Of a stretch of DNA of 64,000 nucleotides, positions 29,566 to 39,641 are shown piece by piece. The translations under genes and the position numbers were made by a program. Within the stretch, counting starts at the first letter, position 1, and every line of letters begins with the position of its first letter. The notes below the pieces were generated by a model, which did no database searches, was not told the origin of the DNA, and was given only the letters and a program-made list of their open reading frames with translations. This stretch comes from Oligoflexia bacterium (GTDB lineage Bacteria > Bdellovibrionota > UBA1018), in the NCBI GenBank assembly GCA_963758495.1, contig CAVWVI010000003.1, forward strand, positions 832,001 through 896,000, given 5' to 3'.

Positions 29566-31382
29566 AACTCTTCTCCATAGCTGAAATAGAATTGCAAATG
29601 ATTGGGATTCAAATTGCTATATCCGTGTGCAAGAGTTGTTCTTAACACACCGATCGGAGATCCCCATCTCAAACCCAATCCTGGCGACCAATAAATAGGC
29701 AAATCTAAAACGCTGGGACGAGACCCAATTGCCCCGACATCTAAAAAAAAGATGAGATCAAAATTATAAGGAAGGGTATGAGTCAATCTTGCTTCCAAAT
29801 CCAAGAATCCAGAGGTCAAGCCACCTATTCCATTTAAAGGAAGTTCCTGACGGCCAAAGCCACGTAAATTTGTTGAACCACCTAGGAATTTCAAAAAGCT
29901 GACCGGAAGAGCACTACTTTGACCCGCAACCTCACCGGTAACTACAGTAGAGTAACCCGCTCTAAATCCTAATATCCACAAGGGCGGATCATAATTATTT
30001 ACATTCCAAAGAGCTTCCCCTGTCAAATTAAACCTTTGAGCTGAAATATTTGAATAAAAATTTCTATCGTTAATATCGAGAGTAAAACCGATTGCATAAC
30101 CCGTCCTCGGGTTAGAGATATAGTATTCATATTCGTGGCTCTTCAGATTGATATTAGTTTCCAGAGAAAGTAAATGTGAATTTGGAGGTCCAATTCCACG
30201 AAGAGTACTAAAAAAATCCAATGTCGGTCCGAAAAAAAACGAAGTACCTACTTCATTAAAATCTTGGGTAGTTGAAATCCCCAATTGCCCTCTTGCAGCG
30301 AGAGTTTCAAAATACTCTTCATTATCATGACTGAATTGAAGCAATGGGTTCAATGAGTATCGACTCACATAAGGTAAAAAATAATAATTCAAGGAACCTA
30401 CAAGAGATTGAAGCTTCGCCGATCCAGCCGCTGTTACATCTAAAAGGGAACCCATTGAGCCTAACCGAGTATTTCTCCATGAAACTTTTCCATTCAATAA
30501 TCCTTCAGTATTCATTCCTACCCCTCCAATTAGAAGTCTTGGAGCACCCGCAATAATCTCTTCATTCAGATGAACTTGATCTCCTTCACAGCGTCTCGTA
30601 AAATGAGCACTCTCCACTACCCCAACAGATGCGATCCGATTGCTAGTGAGAGTCAGGAGTTCTCCATCAAATTTCCAAAAACTCCTGCCTATTTGAAAAG
30701 CATCATATCGAGCCAATGCATCTTGATTCATCCCAGGAATAGCGTCTCGAGTCACTGTCGCTATGTATTGTAAAGCACCCGTATTCACCTGGATAATAAC
30801 CTCTCCAGTATCCGAATCTCCTTGGCTCTTTACTTTAGGACATGCATAACCGGCATGATTTAATTGTTCGAGAGTCCATTTCTCTAAAATATCAAGAAGT
30901 GCCGGTGTCAAAGGCTCGCCCATGACTTTTCGCTTTCGCTCTATTTTGACAGCATCTCCTGCCCCTTGGACTATAATCCGACTGACTAATGTTTTTTGTC
31001 CCAATTCCACAATCAATTCAGGTTGCGCCAAAGTGGGCATATGAAAAATAGGATGAAGGTACCCACGTCGTTGTATAAAATTCGTGAAATTATATTTTGC
31101 TTGAGTAGCAGGGATTGTTCTCCATCCTTCATTAGGTATTTTAGAATTTACCTCTGGATCCCCACAAATGAGACGCCTCTCTACGTCAGAGAGTGATGGA
31201 TTGAGATTTCCTATAATAATAAAATGAGGACAAAGGTATTCACGATGAGCAGTCTGTGCCTGTACAAGTTTCCCAAAAATAAGGAAAAGAATGATCGGAA
31301 GGTAAATCGTGCAGAATTTCCCGAGAAGAATAGGAAATTTGCGTAAAAAGATGCTATAGCTCACGGTATAAGTAGCTACCAT
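29562..31382 (-). CDS. tamA: TamA/BamA (Omp85) family outer membrane protein
   Basis: GGSTNLRGF, GLGLRWGSPIG, terminal FYFSYGEEF. Confidence 0.8.
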   Translation of the reverse strand: MVATYTVSYSIFLRKFPILLGKFCTIYLPIILFLIFGKLVQAQTAHREYLCPHFIIIGNLNPSLSDVERRLICGDPEVNSKIPNEGWRTIPATQAKYNFTNFIQRRGYLHPIFHMPTLAQPELIVELGQKTLVSRIIVQGAGDAVKIERKRKVMGEPLTPALLDILEKWTLEQLNHAGYACPKVKSQGDSDTGEVIIQVNTGALQYIATVTRDAIPGMNQDALARYDAFQIGRSFWKFDGELLTLTSNRIASVGVVESAHFTRRCEGDQVHLNEEIIAGAPRLLIGGVGMNTEGLLNGKVSWRNTRLGSMGSLLDVTAAGSAKLQSLVGSLNYYFLPYVSRYSLNPLLQFSHDNEEYFETLAARGQLGISTTQDFNEVGTSFFFGPTLDFFSTLRGIGPPNSHLLSLETNINLKSHEYEYYISNPRTGYAIGFTLDINDRNFYSNISAQRFNLTGEALWNVNNYDPPLWILGFRAGYSTVVTGEVAGQSSALPVSFLKFLGGSTNLRGFGRQELPLNGIGGLTSGFLDLEARLTHTLPYNFDLIFFLDVGAIGSRPSVLDLPIYWSPGLGLRWGSPIGVLRTTLAHGYSNLNPNHLQFYFSYGEEF

Positions 31383-31438
31383 TGAGCTATCTGCTCTAGC
31401 AAGTTTTATGACAGTGAGACGTCTTTAAGTCAGTTTAT

Positions 31439-33031
31439 TCACGCCGCTTTGTTGATGCCGGGCCTGGGGATCCTCCGTTTATCGAGATTATATTTTTCAA
31501 CTTTCATAATCAATCCCGCACGAGAAATTCCGAGTTCCTTCGCAAGGCGGCTCTTGTTCCAATTGGTTCGGCGCAAGCCCTCACGGATCATCGTCTTTTC
31601 CAACTCTTCTAAAGAATCCTTAAGCTTTCCTACGACTCGTGCTCCTTGCGCTTTTGAAGAATCCCCAAAATCACGAATTCTTTGGGACAAAAGCTCAACA
31701 GGTATTTTCTGATCCTCTCCTGAAAGTACAATAAGCCTTTCAACTTCATTCTCCAGCTCTCGGATGTTTCCCGGCCATGGATAATCAAAAATTTTCTCCA
31801 TGGTCCGCTTACCAAAGGTTTTAATGAGTAAGTTCTTCTCTTTGCAACCTCGATTGATGAAATGATCAATCAAAATAGGAATGTCTTCTTTACGATCACG
31901 CAGAGGAGGAACCATGAGATTAATCACGTTAATACGATAATAGAGATCTTCACGAAATAGCCCGTCTTCCATCATCTCTTTTAGATCTTTATTAGTAGCC
32001 GCAACAACTCGAACATCCACCTTCTTCTGTTCAATTCCACCTACAGGAGTGAGGGTTCCTTCCTGGAGTACACGAAGAAGTTTAACTTGCATGGATAGCG
32101 CCATATCTCCAATTTCATCTAAAAATAAGGTTCCATTATGAGCGGCTTCAAATAGCCCCTTTTTATCTTTCACGGCACCCGTAAAAGAACCCTTCACGTG
32201 ACCAAAAAGCTCACTGTCTAACAAATTTTCATTAAAAGCAGAGCAGTTCACAGTGGTAAACTGCGAATCTTTTCTAGGCGAATTATAATGAATTGCGCGT
32301 GCGATCAATTCCTTTCCTGTTCCATTTTCGCCTTGAATCAAAACGGTGGACTCTGAGTTTCTAATTTTATCTAACAGACCATAAAGTTCTTGCATCGGTT
32401 TGGATTTGCCGATCATGGAATCGTAGCTATAACGATTCTCTAATTGATTATTGAGAGCATTGATTCTTTCTTCTCGTTTACTGATCTCTGTATGAAAGGT
32501 GACGATTTCCTGCGCTACGAGATCGACAAGTTCAGAAAAATATTTTTTCTGAGCATCCGTTAAAACTCGAAAATGAGAGGGATTAGAACTAAACCCGTTT
32601 CCATCCGCACCTAACGCCTCACAGGTCGCTTTGAGTTTCGATTTGGCCTCTTCTGAAAGCTCATTCTCTAAATAAGAGTAAGCAATCACACTTCCTAAAA
32701 AATCATTCTCTACACTAATGCGAGATACCCGAATCTTCTCTACCCCAGCAGGACCAGTTAATACTAGACGGTGCTCATCCCCTTGAAATACTTTTTCATT
32801 AGCATCGGCAAACGCCTTAAATAAAACTTCACGACCCTTCTCTTTTTTAAGAAAAACGGCAGATAAAGGATTCTTAAATTCTTTATGTTTATAATCAGCG
32901 AGGTCGTGATTCCTAATTTGACCTCTCTCATCGACAAAAAAGATATCTGTATCAAACCATTGGGCAAGAATCTCTTCAAGTTTGCGAATTACATGGATAT
33001 GCTTCAACTCTTGCCAATTAATCATACACAA
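31439..33031 (-). CDS. Sigma54-dependent Fis-family activator with PocR-like N-terminal sensor
   Basis: GENGTGKE, GSFTGA, LFLDEIG, FREDLYYRI, WPGNIRELEN, C-terminal HTH. Confidence 0.92.
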   Translation of the reverse strand: MCMINWQELKHIHVIRKLEEILAQWFDTDIFFVDERGQIRNHDLADYKHKEFKNPLSAVFLKKEKGREVLFKAFADANEKVFQGDEHRLVLTGPAGVEKIRVSRISVENDFLGSVIAYSYLENELSEEAKSKLKATCEALGADGNGFSSNPSHFRVLTDAQKKYFSELVDLVAQEIVTFHTEISKREERINALNNQLENRYSYDSMIGKSKPMQELYGLLDKIRNSESTVLIQGENGTGKELIARAIHYNSPRKDSQFTTVNCSAFNENLLDSELFGHVKGSFTGAVKDKKGLFEAAHNGTLFLDEIGDMALSMQVKLLRVLQEGTLTPVGGIEQKKVDVRVVAATNKDLKEMMEDGLFREDLYYRINVINLMVPPLRDRKEDIPILIDHFINRGCKEKNLLIKTFGKRTMEKIFDYPWPGNIRELENEVERLIVLSGEDQKIPVELLSQRIRDFGDSSKAQGARVVGKLKDSLEELEKTMIREGLRRTNWNKSRLAKELGISRAGLIMKVEKYNLDKRRIPRPGINKAA

Positions 33032-33058
33032 TACCCCTTTATTAAGATGTTATAGTAC

Positions 33059-33086
33059 GTATCGGCAGCACCCAAGAAATACTGTA
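33059..33086 (-). promoter_or_regulatory. FliA/sigma28-like promoter upstream of the sigma54 activator
   Basis: TACAG-N15-GCCGATAC. Confidence 0.55.
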
Positions 33087-33248
33087 TAGAAAATAACGAG
33101 TATTGTTTTTCTACGGGGGAGCTTAAGTTAATATCAATAAAAATAGCTAGTTACAAACCATGTCACATCCATATACACTGTTTAATAATTATCACACTTA
33201 ATACAGCTGTTTTCATCCACTCAAACTGCATCCCAATTAAGTGAGATC

Positions 33249-33635
33249 TTGAACCTAAAATCTGAGTGTACGATTTCGTTTGAAGGGGAGCGAATTGAGA
33301 ACGAAAATTCGGATCTAATCGCTCCTATTAAGCAGCTTAAGAAGCTGATGAATCTGAAGGCCAAGGAATTCTACTATCAGGAACGTGAGAAGGAAATCCA
33401 GGAGCAGAGACTCCCAGTGGCAACACCATCGATAAGATCGTCAGAATCTTCTCAATCTACAGAAGCTTCCTCTTCAAGTCAGGGTCGAGAATATGGATTG
33501 AAAAGAGCCTGGCAGCACTTTATAGGCAAGATCGAGGCTCCACAATCAGAGGTCATCGAGACAACTCCAGTATTCCTGGAGCGATGGCACGGGCGCTGGA
33601 GTCTTCGCTGCGAGTCTGAGCAATTCCGCATCTGA
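33249..33635 (+). CDS. Hypothetical protein or gene remnant
   Basis: 128-aa ORF with TTG start and a Ser-rich stretch; no recognisable motif. Confidence 0.3.
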   Translation: MNLKSECTISFEGERIENENSDLIAPIKQLKKLMNLKAKEFYYQEREKEIQEQRLPVATPSIRSSESSQSTEASSSSQGREYGLKRAWQHFIGKIEAPQSEVIETTPVFLERWHGRWSLRCESEQFRI

Positions 33636-33737
33636 CTCGTCCGCGGATGTCGGGTTTCGGTGTGCTTTTAGCCCTCAGAACTAGGTGCTAGCAAGGAGAT
33701 GGGCGTGCAGAGCCCTCATCCCGCTCTATTCCTCATT

Positions 33738-34769
33738 CTATAGCGACTGAACTCGAACCTCTTTTGGCGCAATCTGAAATTCCGCGCCTCGCGTCTCTTT
33801 AGCTTCGAGAATATCTCCGTCTACTTCAAAAAGAGGATGGGGCTTGGATTCACTTTCGAGTAAGCGCACTTCAACATGCTTACCACTCGTGCGAAGGACT
33901 CCTGGGACATGATCCCAATTATTACGAAGGATATCTGGTAAACATTTTACGAGTGTTTGCGTATCGAAAGGCTGAAGTATGAAAATATTAAATAGTCCAT
34001 CGTCCAACTTTCCATCAGGTTCCCAGCAAACGCCCCCCCCGCTGTAGCGACCATTCAGGATGATTCCAAAAAAGATTTTGCCTTCAAAAAAAGATTTGCC
34101 ATCTACTTTCACTCGGACCGCCAGAGATCGATACTCCATCAATGCAAGAATGCCCTGAAGGCGATAGGTCCAACTTCCTTTTGCCATGATTTTGCCTAAT
34201 ATTCCGGCATTTTTCTGAACTTTATCCACTAAGAGTCCAGCAAACCCAAAGCCAACGGAGTTGATAAACCGAATCTGATTTTTCTGGGGTGACTCCATCC
34301 ACTGCATTTCACCAATATCAATCTGGGAAGGGGTCCCTGTTTTAATTAGGTGAATTCCATCTTCTAAAGTCGGTCGGACTTGATTCCAGCGCTTATGAGA
34401 TAAGGATTTAAAAAAATCATCCCCTCGCCCACCGGGTAAAGGCAAAATAACGGCATCTGAAATCCGATGAGACTGATCATCATAGAATCCTCGGAGCGCC
34501 TCAGACAGCGTGCCATCCCCTCCCACCACCACTACTTTTTTAACGCCCTCCAAAAGAGCTTTTCTGACAATATGAGTACCGTGCTCGCCCTTTGTTGTGA
34601 AGACGACTTGGACTTTTCGCTCTCCCAATGCTTCGAGTACTTGACTCTCCCATTGGGGCCATTCTTCTCCCATTTTTCCTTTACGGGCATTGGGATTCAC
34701 TAAAACCAGGGTCTGGATAGAGTCGCTCTGCATGTATGCCTGTCCCCACTTAATTTTGAAGTTCTTCAA
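33738..34769 (-). CDS. Diacylglycerol/lipid kinase family (YegS/Rv2252-like)
   Basis: VNPNA, GGDGTLSE, P.G.G.DF, NGRYSGGG, DDG, EVDGD. Confidence 0.88.
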   Translation of the reverse strand: MKNFKIKWGQAYMQSDSIQTLVLVNPNARKGKMGEEWPQWESQVLEALGERKVQVVFTTKGEHGTHIVRKALLEGVKKVVVVGGDGTLSEALRGFYDDQSHRISDAVILPLPGGRGDDFFKSLSHKRWNQVRPTLEDGIHLIKTGTPSQIDIGEMQWMESPQKNQIRFINSVGFGFAGLLVDKVQKNAGILGKIMAKGSWTYRLQGILALMEYRSLAVRVKVDGKSFFEGKIFFGIILNGRYSGGGVCWEPDGKLDDGLFNIFILQPFDTQTLVKCLPDILRNNWDHVPGVLRTSGKHVEVRLLESESKPHPLFEVDGDILEAKETRGAEFQIAPKEVRVQSL

Positions 34770-35697
34770 AAGCTAGGATGGCTACATGAGAATCCAAAGC
34801 TTTACGAAAGTGGTCAGCACAGCGTTTACTCATACAAAGAATACCGTCTGCACGGTGCTGATCTCGTTCCCAAAACTCCCGAGCCATTTGAAGAGACTGA
34901 GATGGAAATAACCTAGGGTAAGCTCCTTCTCCTCCACAGTCTATACAATCATGACCTTGAGCGAAAGGTCGTTTCAATTGAAGTCCTGCCATCCGGGCTG
35001 CCTCAATCCAAGTTTGTAAATCATGAACCCGATTCAAATGTCGACTCAACCAAACTGACTCATGCAAGAGCCAAGTTTTTCCTGAAAGTTTCTTTTTAAT
35101 AGAATCTGAAATAGCCTCATGAAGCCAGGGTTCCCAAGTTAATGATCCAGTAAAGCCTTTTTGGCGTAAAAAGAACAAGGATCGAGGTTCTCGTACCCCG
35201 GTATTTCGATTTTGATTTTTTTTAGTAAATTTTTCAAGTCTACGAATAGAGGAATCTTCATCTCCTAATTCGTCAGCCAAATCTCCAACTGGATCGATTT
35301 CATCGGTAAGCTCAGCGGCCGCTTTCGTGGCGAATTCCCATTTATGCAGTTTTCTCGCTTCAAAAAGCTGATCCATAACAGGCATTTCATAAACACAATA
35401 TTCGGTGCATCGACCACACCCAGTACAATCATAAATGGGCCACAAAGGGCCGCCTTGGGCGCTTTGTCCTGGCCATTTTTTTTCTTTATAAAGCAATCCC
35501 ATCTTATTGCATGGAGTCACAGCATCGTTTCCACTCACGACTGCTGTCGGACAAGAAAAGCGGCACATTTCCGGACAGTAGACACAAGCGATTGGACTTT
35601 TTGAGTCGCCCCCCGGAAATCGAAGCAAAGTTTTATGAAGTACCGCCTTAGAGGCCCATTTTAGAGGGGTTAAGACGATTTTCGGGATCAAACCCAT
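34750..35697 (-). CDS. Fe-S-binding oxidoreductase subunit (GlpC/GlcF-like)
   Basis: CVYCPEMCRFSCP, CTGCGRC..YC, degenerate CCG domain. Confidence 0.75.
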   Translation of the reverse strand: MGLIPKIVLTPLKWASKAVLHKTLLRFPGGDSKSPIACVYCPEMCRFSCPTAVVSGNDAVTPCNKMGLLYKEKKWPGQSAQGGPLWPIYDCTGCGRCTEYCVYEMPVMDQLFEARKLHKWEFATKAAAELTDEIDPVGDLADELGDEDSSIRRLEKFTKKNQNRNTGVREPRSLFFLRQKGFTGSLTWEPWLHEAISDSIKKKLSGKTWLLHESVWLSRHLNRVHDLQTWIEAARMAGLQLKRPFAQGHDCIDCGGEGAYPRLFPSQSLQMAREFWERDQHRADGILCMSKRCADHFRKALDSHVAILAFEELQN

Positions 35698-37132
35698 TTT
35701 TCACCTTTCGAAACAGCTCAATCCAAGGCCCTTTTTCTTGGCGAATCCATTCATTTTTTAAAGTACCCACACCGTGATGGTGACTTAAAGTCGCTCCTGC
35801 TTCATAGGCGGCCTTAAGCATTTTATTCCAGATTTCATCATAGCGCTTCACTGGCGAGGTCATCACGCCTGCATGACTCACCAACGAAAAATAGATATTT
35901 GCACCCGTGTGGTAAAAATGACTGAAATGCGCCAAAATCACGCCCATTCCAACCGAAACACCCTTAACAGCATGATAAACACCTTCAAGCTTATCCCAGG
36001 TCGTTGCTAACTCAAAAGTATCCAGTATCATTCGCTCATGACTTAAGATCAATTGCTGTTTGTAGGAGACATCGTAGCGATGCTCCCACCAATGCTGTCC
36101 CAAGTCGGGTCCAAGAAATTGGAGCCCCAAACGTTCAGCAAGCTCTCGAGCATCCCTGGCTTCGAGCTCAGTCATTTTTTTACGACCTTCAAAGATTGCC
36201 ACAACAGCGGCTTTACCTGAAAATCCACATCGATTTAATAAATCAGAATTAAGTGTAAGTGAGGTTTCTAAAGGATCGTAAATACGTAAAACTGCAGGTT
36301 TAATTCCACTTTGCATGAGTTTACGAGTGAATTCGAGAGCTAATCCGAGATCGGCCACCCCGTATCCCTGCATGATTCTTTCTTCTGGAAGATCATGAAT
36401 CTGTAAACATGCAGCAGTAAAAAACCCAAGTGTTCCTTCAGTGCCTATTAAAAGATGAGTCCAGTCTGGCCCCATCGCACTTCTTGGCGCACGTCCTGTT
36501 TCGGTAATCGTCCCATCGGGAAGTACAAACTCAACGGACAGCACCATGTCTTCGATTTTTCCGTACTTTGTAGAAAGCTGTCCAGCTGAACGAGTCGCTA
36601 AATACCCCCCCAAGCTACTGCAATAGATCGATGAAGGAAAATGACCTAAGGTCAGTCCCTCTTGATTTAAATGTCGTTCGAGATTTTCCCCAATAATTCC
36701 AGCCTCTACCCAAACAGTCATGGATTTTCGATCAATAGATCGAACCTTTTTCATTGCCTTTAAATCCACGATCACTCGGGGCCGCATTTCTAATTCAGAA
36801 GCGACTGTAGCGCCACAAACCCCCGAACCGGCACCGTAAGGATAGAGGCTTACGTTAGCTTGGCTTGCCCATTTGAGGACTTCAGATACTTGCTCAGGGC
36901 TCTCCGGCCAAATCACTAAGTCCATTTGAGGTTGAGGGGGGCCGTCTTCACGCAATTCTAAGAGTTTTCGTGGCCAAAGGTCTTGAGAGTAAGCCTGGAG
37001 CACGAGAAGATCCGTGCTGAATTGAATTCCAGAGGCAGTGAGGTGGGGAAGAAAAGAGGATAACGACCCAAACCGCACCTTCGAAGCTTTTTGCTCGAGG
37101 TTTGATTTCAACTGACTTGGCATCCTAGGCAA
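35648..37132 (-). CDS. FAD-linked oxidoreductase, alkyl-DHAP-synthase-like
   Basis: GHFPSS...SLGGYLATRSAG..STKYGKIED, GTEGTLG, SHHHGVG. Confidence 0.85.
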   Translation of the reverse strand: MPRMPSQLKSNLEQKASKVRFGSLSSFLPHLTASGIQFSTDLLVLQAYSQDLWPRKLLELREDGPPQPQMDLVIWPESPEQVSEVLKWASQANVSLYPYGAGSGVCGATVASELEMRPRVIVDLKAMKKVRSIDRKSMTVWVEAGIIGENLERHLNQEGLTLGHFPSSIYCSSLGGYLATRSAGQLSTKYGKIEDMVLSVEFVLPDGTITETGRAPRSAMGPDWTHLLIGTEGTLGFFTAACLQIHDLPEERIMQGYGVADLGLALEFTRKLMQSGIKPAVLRIYDPLETSLTLNSDLLNRCGFSGKAAVVAIFEGRKKMTELEARDARELAERLGLQFLGPDLGQHWWEHRYDVSYKQQLILSHERMILDTFELATTWDKLEGVYHAVKGVSVGMGVILAHFSHFYHTGANIYFSLVSHAGVMTSPVKRYDEIWNKMLKAAYEAGATLSHHHGVGTLKNEWIRQEKGPWIELFRKVKNGFDPENRLNPSKMGL

Positions 37133-37153
37133 TCTCCATTAGAAGTAATAGCT

Positions 37154-38395
37154 GTGAGCAACTATCTATTTTTTGATAGCACGTCAACGACAAAATGTTG
37201 CGATGCTGCGGCCAAATCGGTTCAATATTATTGCAGTGAAGACTATGGGAATCCTTCGTCAAATCACCTCTGGGGGCATAAAGCGGCACGAGCGCTCCGA
37301 GAGGCTCGCCATTTCTTTGCAGATACCTTTAAAGTATCCCCCGAGCAGGTCATTTTCACTGGAAGCGGAAGCGAAGCCAATAATCTTGCCATTTATGGGA
37401 TTACCACTCATGCATTCACTTTGAACCCATCCCAAACAAAGTCCACAAACTCCGTTAAAACCCTCCGCGTTCTTACCCCTCCAACCGAGCACCCGTCTGT
37501 TCGTAAAACAGTCGAGTCTCTCCATGATTTTGGGATCGAAACCCAATGGATTCCTGTTGATTCCTCCGGCCAGGTCATTGAGGACAAATATCTAGAACTT
37601 CTTACTTTAAATACCAAGCTTGTCAGTATTCAACAGGTCAATAATATTGTAGGTACCCGATTGCCCGTAGAGGCTCTCGCACAAATCGCGAAAAAACAGG
37701 TACCACTTACTGTATTTCATACTGATGCAGTCCAATCATTTGGGAAAATCGATGTTCCACGATTTCCTTCAGCTATCGATTTAGTTTCCATTTCAGGACA
37801 CAAAATTGAAGGACCTAAAGGAGTAGGTGCACTCATTGTTTTAAATAAAAATATGATCCCCAATCAATTAAGACCTCTCATCTGGGGTGGAGAACAAGAA
37901 AACGGGTTTCGTTCTGGCACACAAAATGTGGGTTTAATCGTCGGGTTTCAAATCGCCGCTCAAAGAATGCTTGAGCGACAAAAAAACAGTTTTGAACATG
38001 TCCGTCGTCTGAGAGAACGACTTCATGAGCTTCTTCTATCAAAAAAATTGCTCACACCCTCTCCTCGTGAGGGAAGAGTTTTTTGGAATAGCCCTGCTCA
38101 AGCAGTTCCTCATATTGTGAGCCTGAGTGTTCCAGGATTGCCGGCGGCCCCTTTGGCAAAGCTTCTGGAAGAAAGGCATTGCCTGGTTTCAGTGGGATCT
38201 GCGTGCAGCTCTCGAAAGCCCCAACCTGACCCCGTACTCAATGCGATGGGTTTTTCTGCCGATATTCAAAATTCTACAATTCGAGTCAGCTTATCAGAGC
38301 AGATTCAACCTCATGATGTGGAAACATTAGTCCATGCATTGGATGACTCCATTCAACTGATGGGTAAACTCATGGGAAAGCGCCTCAAAAAATAA
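37154..38395 (+). CDS. iscS: Cysteine desulfurase (IscS/NifS type)
   Basis: YGNPSS, HTDAVQ, SGHKIEGPKG, GSACSS. Confidence 0.9.
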   Translation: MSNYLFFDSTSTTKCCDAAAKSVQYYCSEDYGNPSSNHLWGHKAARALREARHFFADTFKVSPEQVIFTGSGSEANNLAIYGITTHAFTLNPSQTKSTNSVKTLRVLTPPTEHPSVRKTVESLHDFGIETQWIPVDSSGQVIEDKYLELLTLNTKLVSIQQVNNIVGTRLPVEALAQIAKKQVPLTVFHTDAVQSFGKIDVPRFPSAIDLVSISGHKIEGPKGVGALIVLNKNMIPNQLRPLIWGGEQENGFRSGTQNVGLIVGFQIAAQRMLERQKNSFEHVRRLRERLHELLLSKKLLTPSPREGRVFWNSPAQAVPHIVSLSVPGLPAAPLAKLLEERHCLVSVGSACSSRKPQPDPVLNAMGFSADIQNSTIRVSLSEQIQPHDVETLVHALDDSIQLMGKLMGKRLKK

Positions 38396-38462
38396 GTGAA
38401 TAAGTGAACAGATAAATAAACAGACAAGCCAGTGAACAAGCAAATGAAAGGACACGTGTACC

Positions 38463-39641
38463 ATGACCGATCGATCGATCGTTTTACGATATCATGAAAT
38501 AGCATTAAAAGGAGACAATCGAGGTTGGTTTGAAGATCGACTCATGACGAATGTCAAAAAACTCATAGAACGAACTGGCAATCCTTCAAACAAAGTCATA
38601 GTCAGGCAACACTTCGGAAGAATCGAGGTTGAAGCCGATTGGAATGATGCCACTCAAGAAGCTCTCACTCGAGTTTTTGGATTATCCAGCTTTAGCCCCA
38701 TGAGAAAAGTAACGACCGAGAAGTCCGCTCTATTAGAAGCGGCCTTAGAGGAGTTTGAAATTTATAAAAGCCGAAATGGCCTGCCTCAATCCTTCAGAGT
38801 GCTATCTCGCCGAAGTGACAAAGCGCTCGCTGAAACTTCCACAGAAATAAATCAGTGGATAGGTTCCGCCATTAAAGAAAAATACCCTTCTCTCGTCGTC
38901 GATTTAAAAAATCCTCATTTTACACTTGGAGTTGAAGTCCGGTTTAAACAGTCCTTTATCTGGACTGAACGAATCAGAGCTCAAGGCGGACTTCCGGTAG
39001 GTTCAAATGCCCGTGTTCTGAGTTTAATGTCGGGGGGATTAGATTCACCCGTGGCTGCTATTCAAGTCCTACGGAGAGGATCATCTACTTCATTTATCCA
39101 TTTTTATGGGGCACCCTTTGTGGGAGAAGAAGTTTTGGAAAAAATTCAGGACCTTGTTCGTATCGTGAATCAATATCAACCGGATCCCCAACCTCTTTAT
39201 GTGATTCCTTTTGGGAAAATTCAGGAAAAAATCGCACTCGCAACAAACCCAAAGGTGAGAACCCTATTGTATCGAAGAATGATGATTCGAATTGCAAATG
39301 AAGCCGCAAAAGTACTTAAGGCTAAAGCACTTGTTACTGGGGAAAGTTTAGGCCAGGTCGCAAGTCAAACTGTTGAAAATATGGGAACTATCAACTCCGT
39401 CGCAGAACTTCCCATTCTTCGTCCCCTCATTACTTATGATAAAGACGAAATTATTGAAAAAGCGAAATTTTGGGGTACTTTTGAAACTTCGATTCGACCG
39501 GGTTTAGATTGCTGTACGCTTTTTGCTGATCGTCATCCTACTTTACGTTCGACGGTTTCTCTCCTTGAAGAACAAGAACAGAAATTTCCTGTAGCAGATT
39601 TTGTTCAAGAAGCTTTGGCTGGAGTTGAAAAGCTATTTTAA
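38463..39641 (+). CDS. thiI: tRNA 4-thiouridine(8) synthase, no rhodanese domain
   Basis: EIALKG.NR, THUMP domain, SGGLDS, TGESLGQVASQT, DCC. Confidence 0.93.
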   Translation: MTDRSIVLRYHEIALKGDNRGWFEDRLMTNVKKLIERTGNPSNKVIVRQHFGRIEVEADWNDATQEALTRVFGLSSFSPMRKVTTEKSALLEAALEEFEIYKSRNGLPQSFRVLSRRSDKALAETSTEINQWIGSAIKEKYPSLVVDLKNPHFTLGVEVRFKQSFIWTERIRAQGGLPVGSNARVLSLMSGGLDSPVAAIQVLRRGSSTSFIHFYGAPFVGEEVLEKIQDLVRIVNQYQPDPQPLYVIPFGKIQEKIALATNPKVRTLLYRRMMIRIANEAAKVLKAKALVTGESLGQVASQTVENMGTINSVAELPILRPLITYDKDEIIEKAKFWGTFETSIRPGLDCCTLFADRHPTLRSTVSLLEEQEQKFPVADFVQEALAGVEKLF

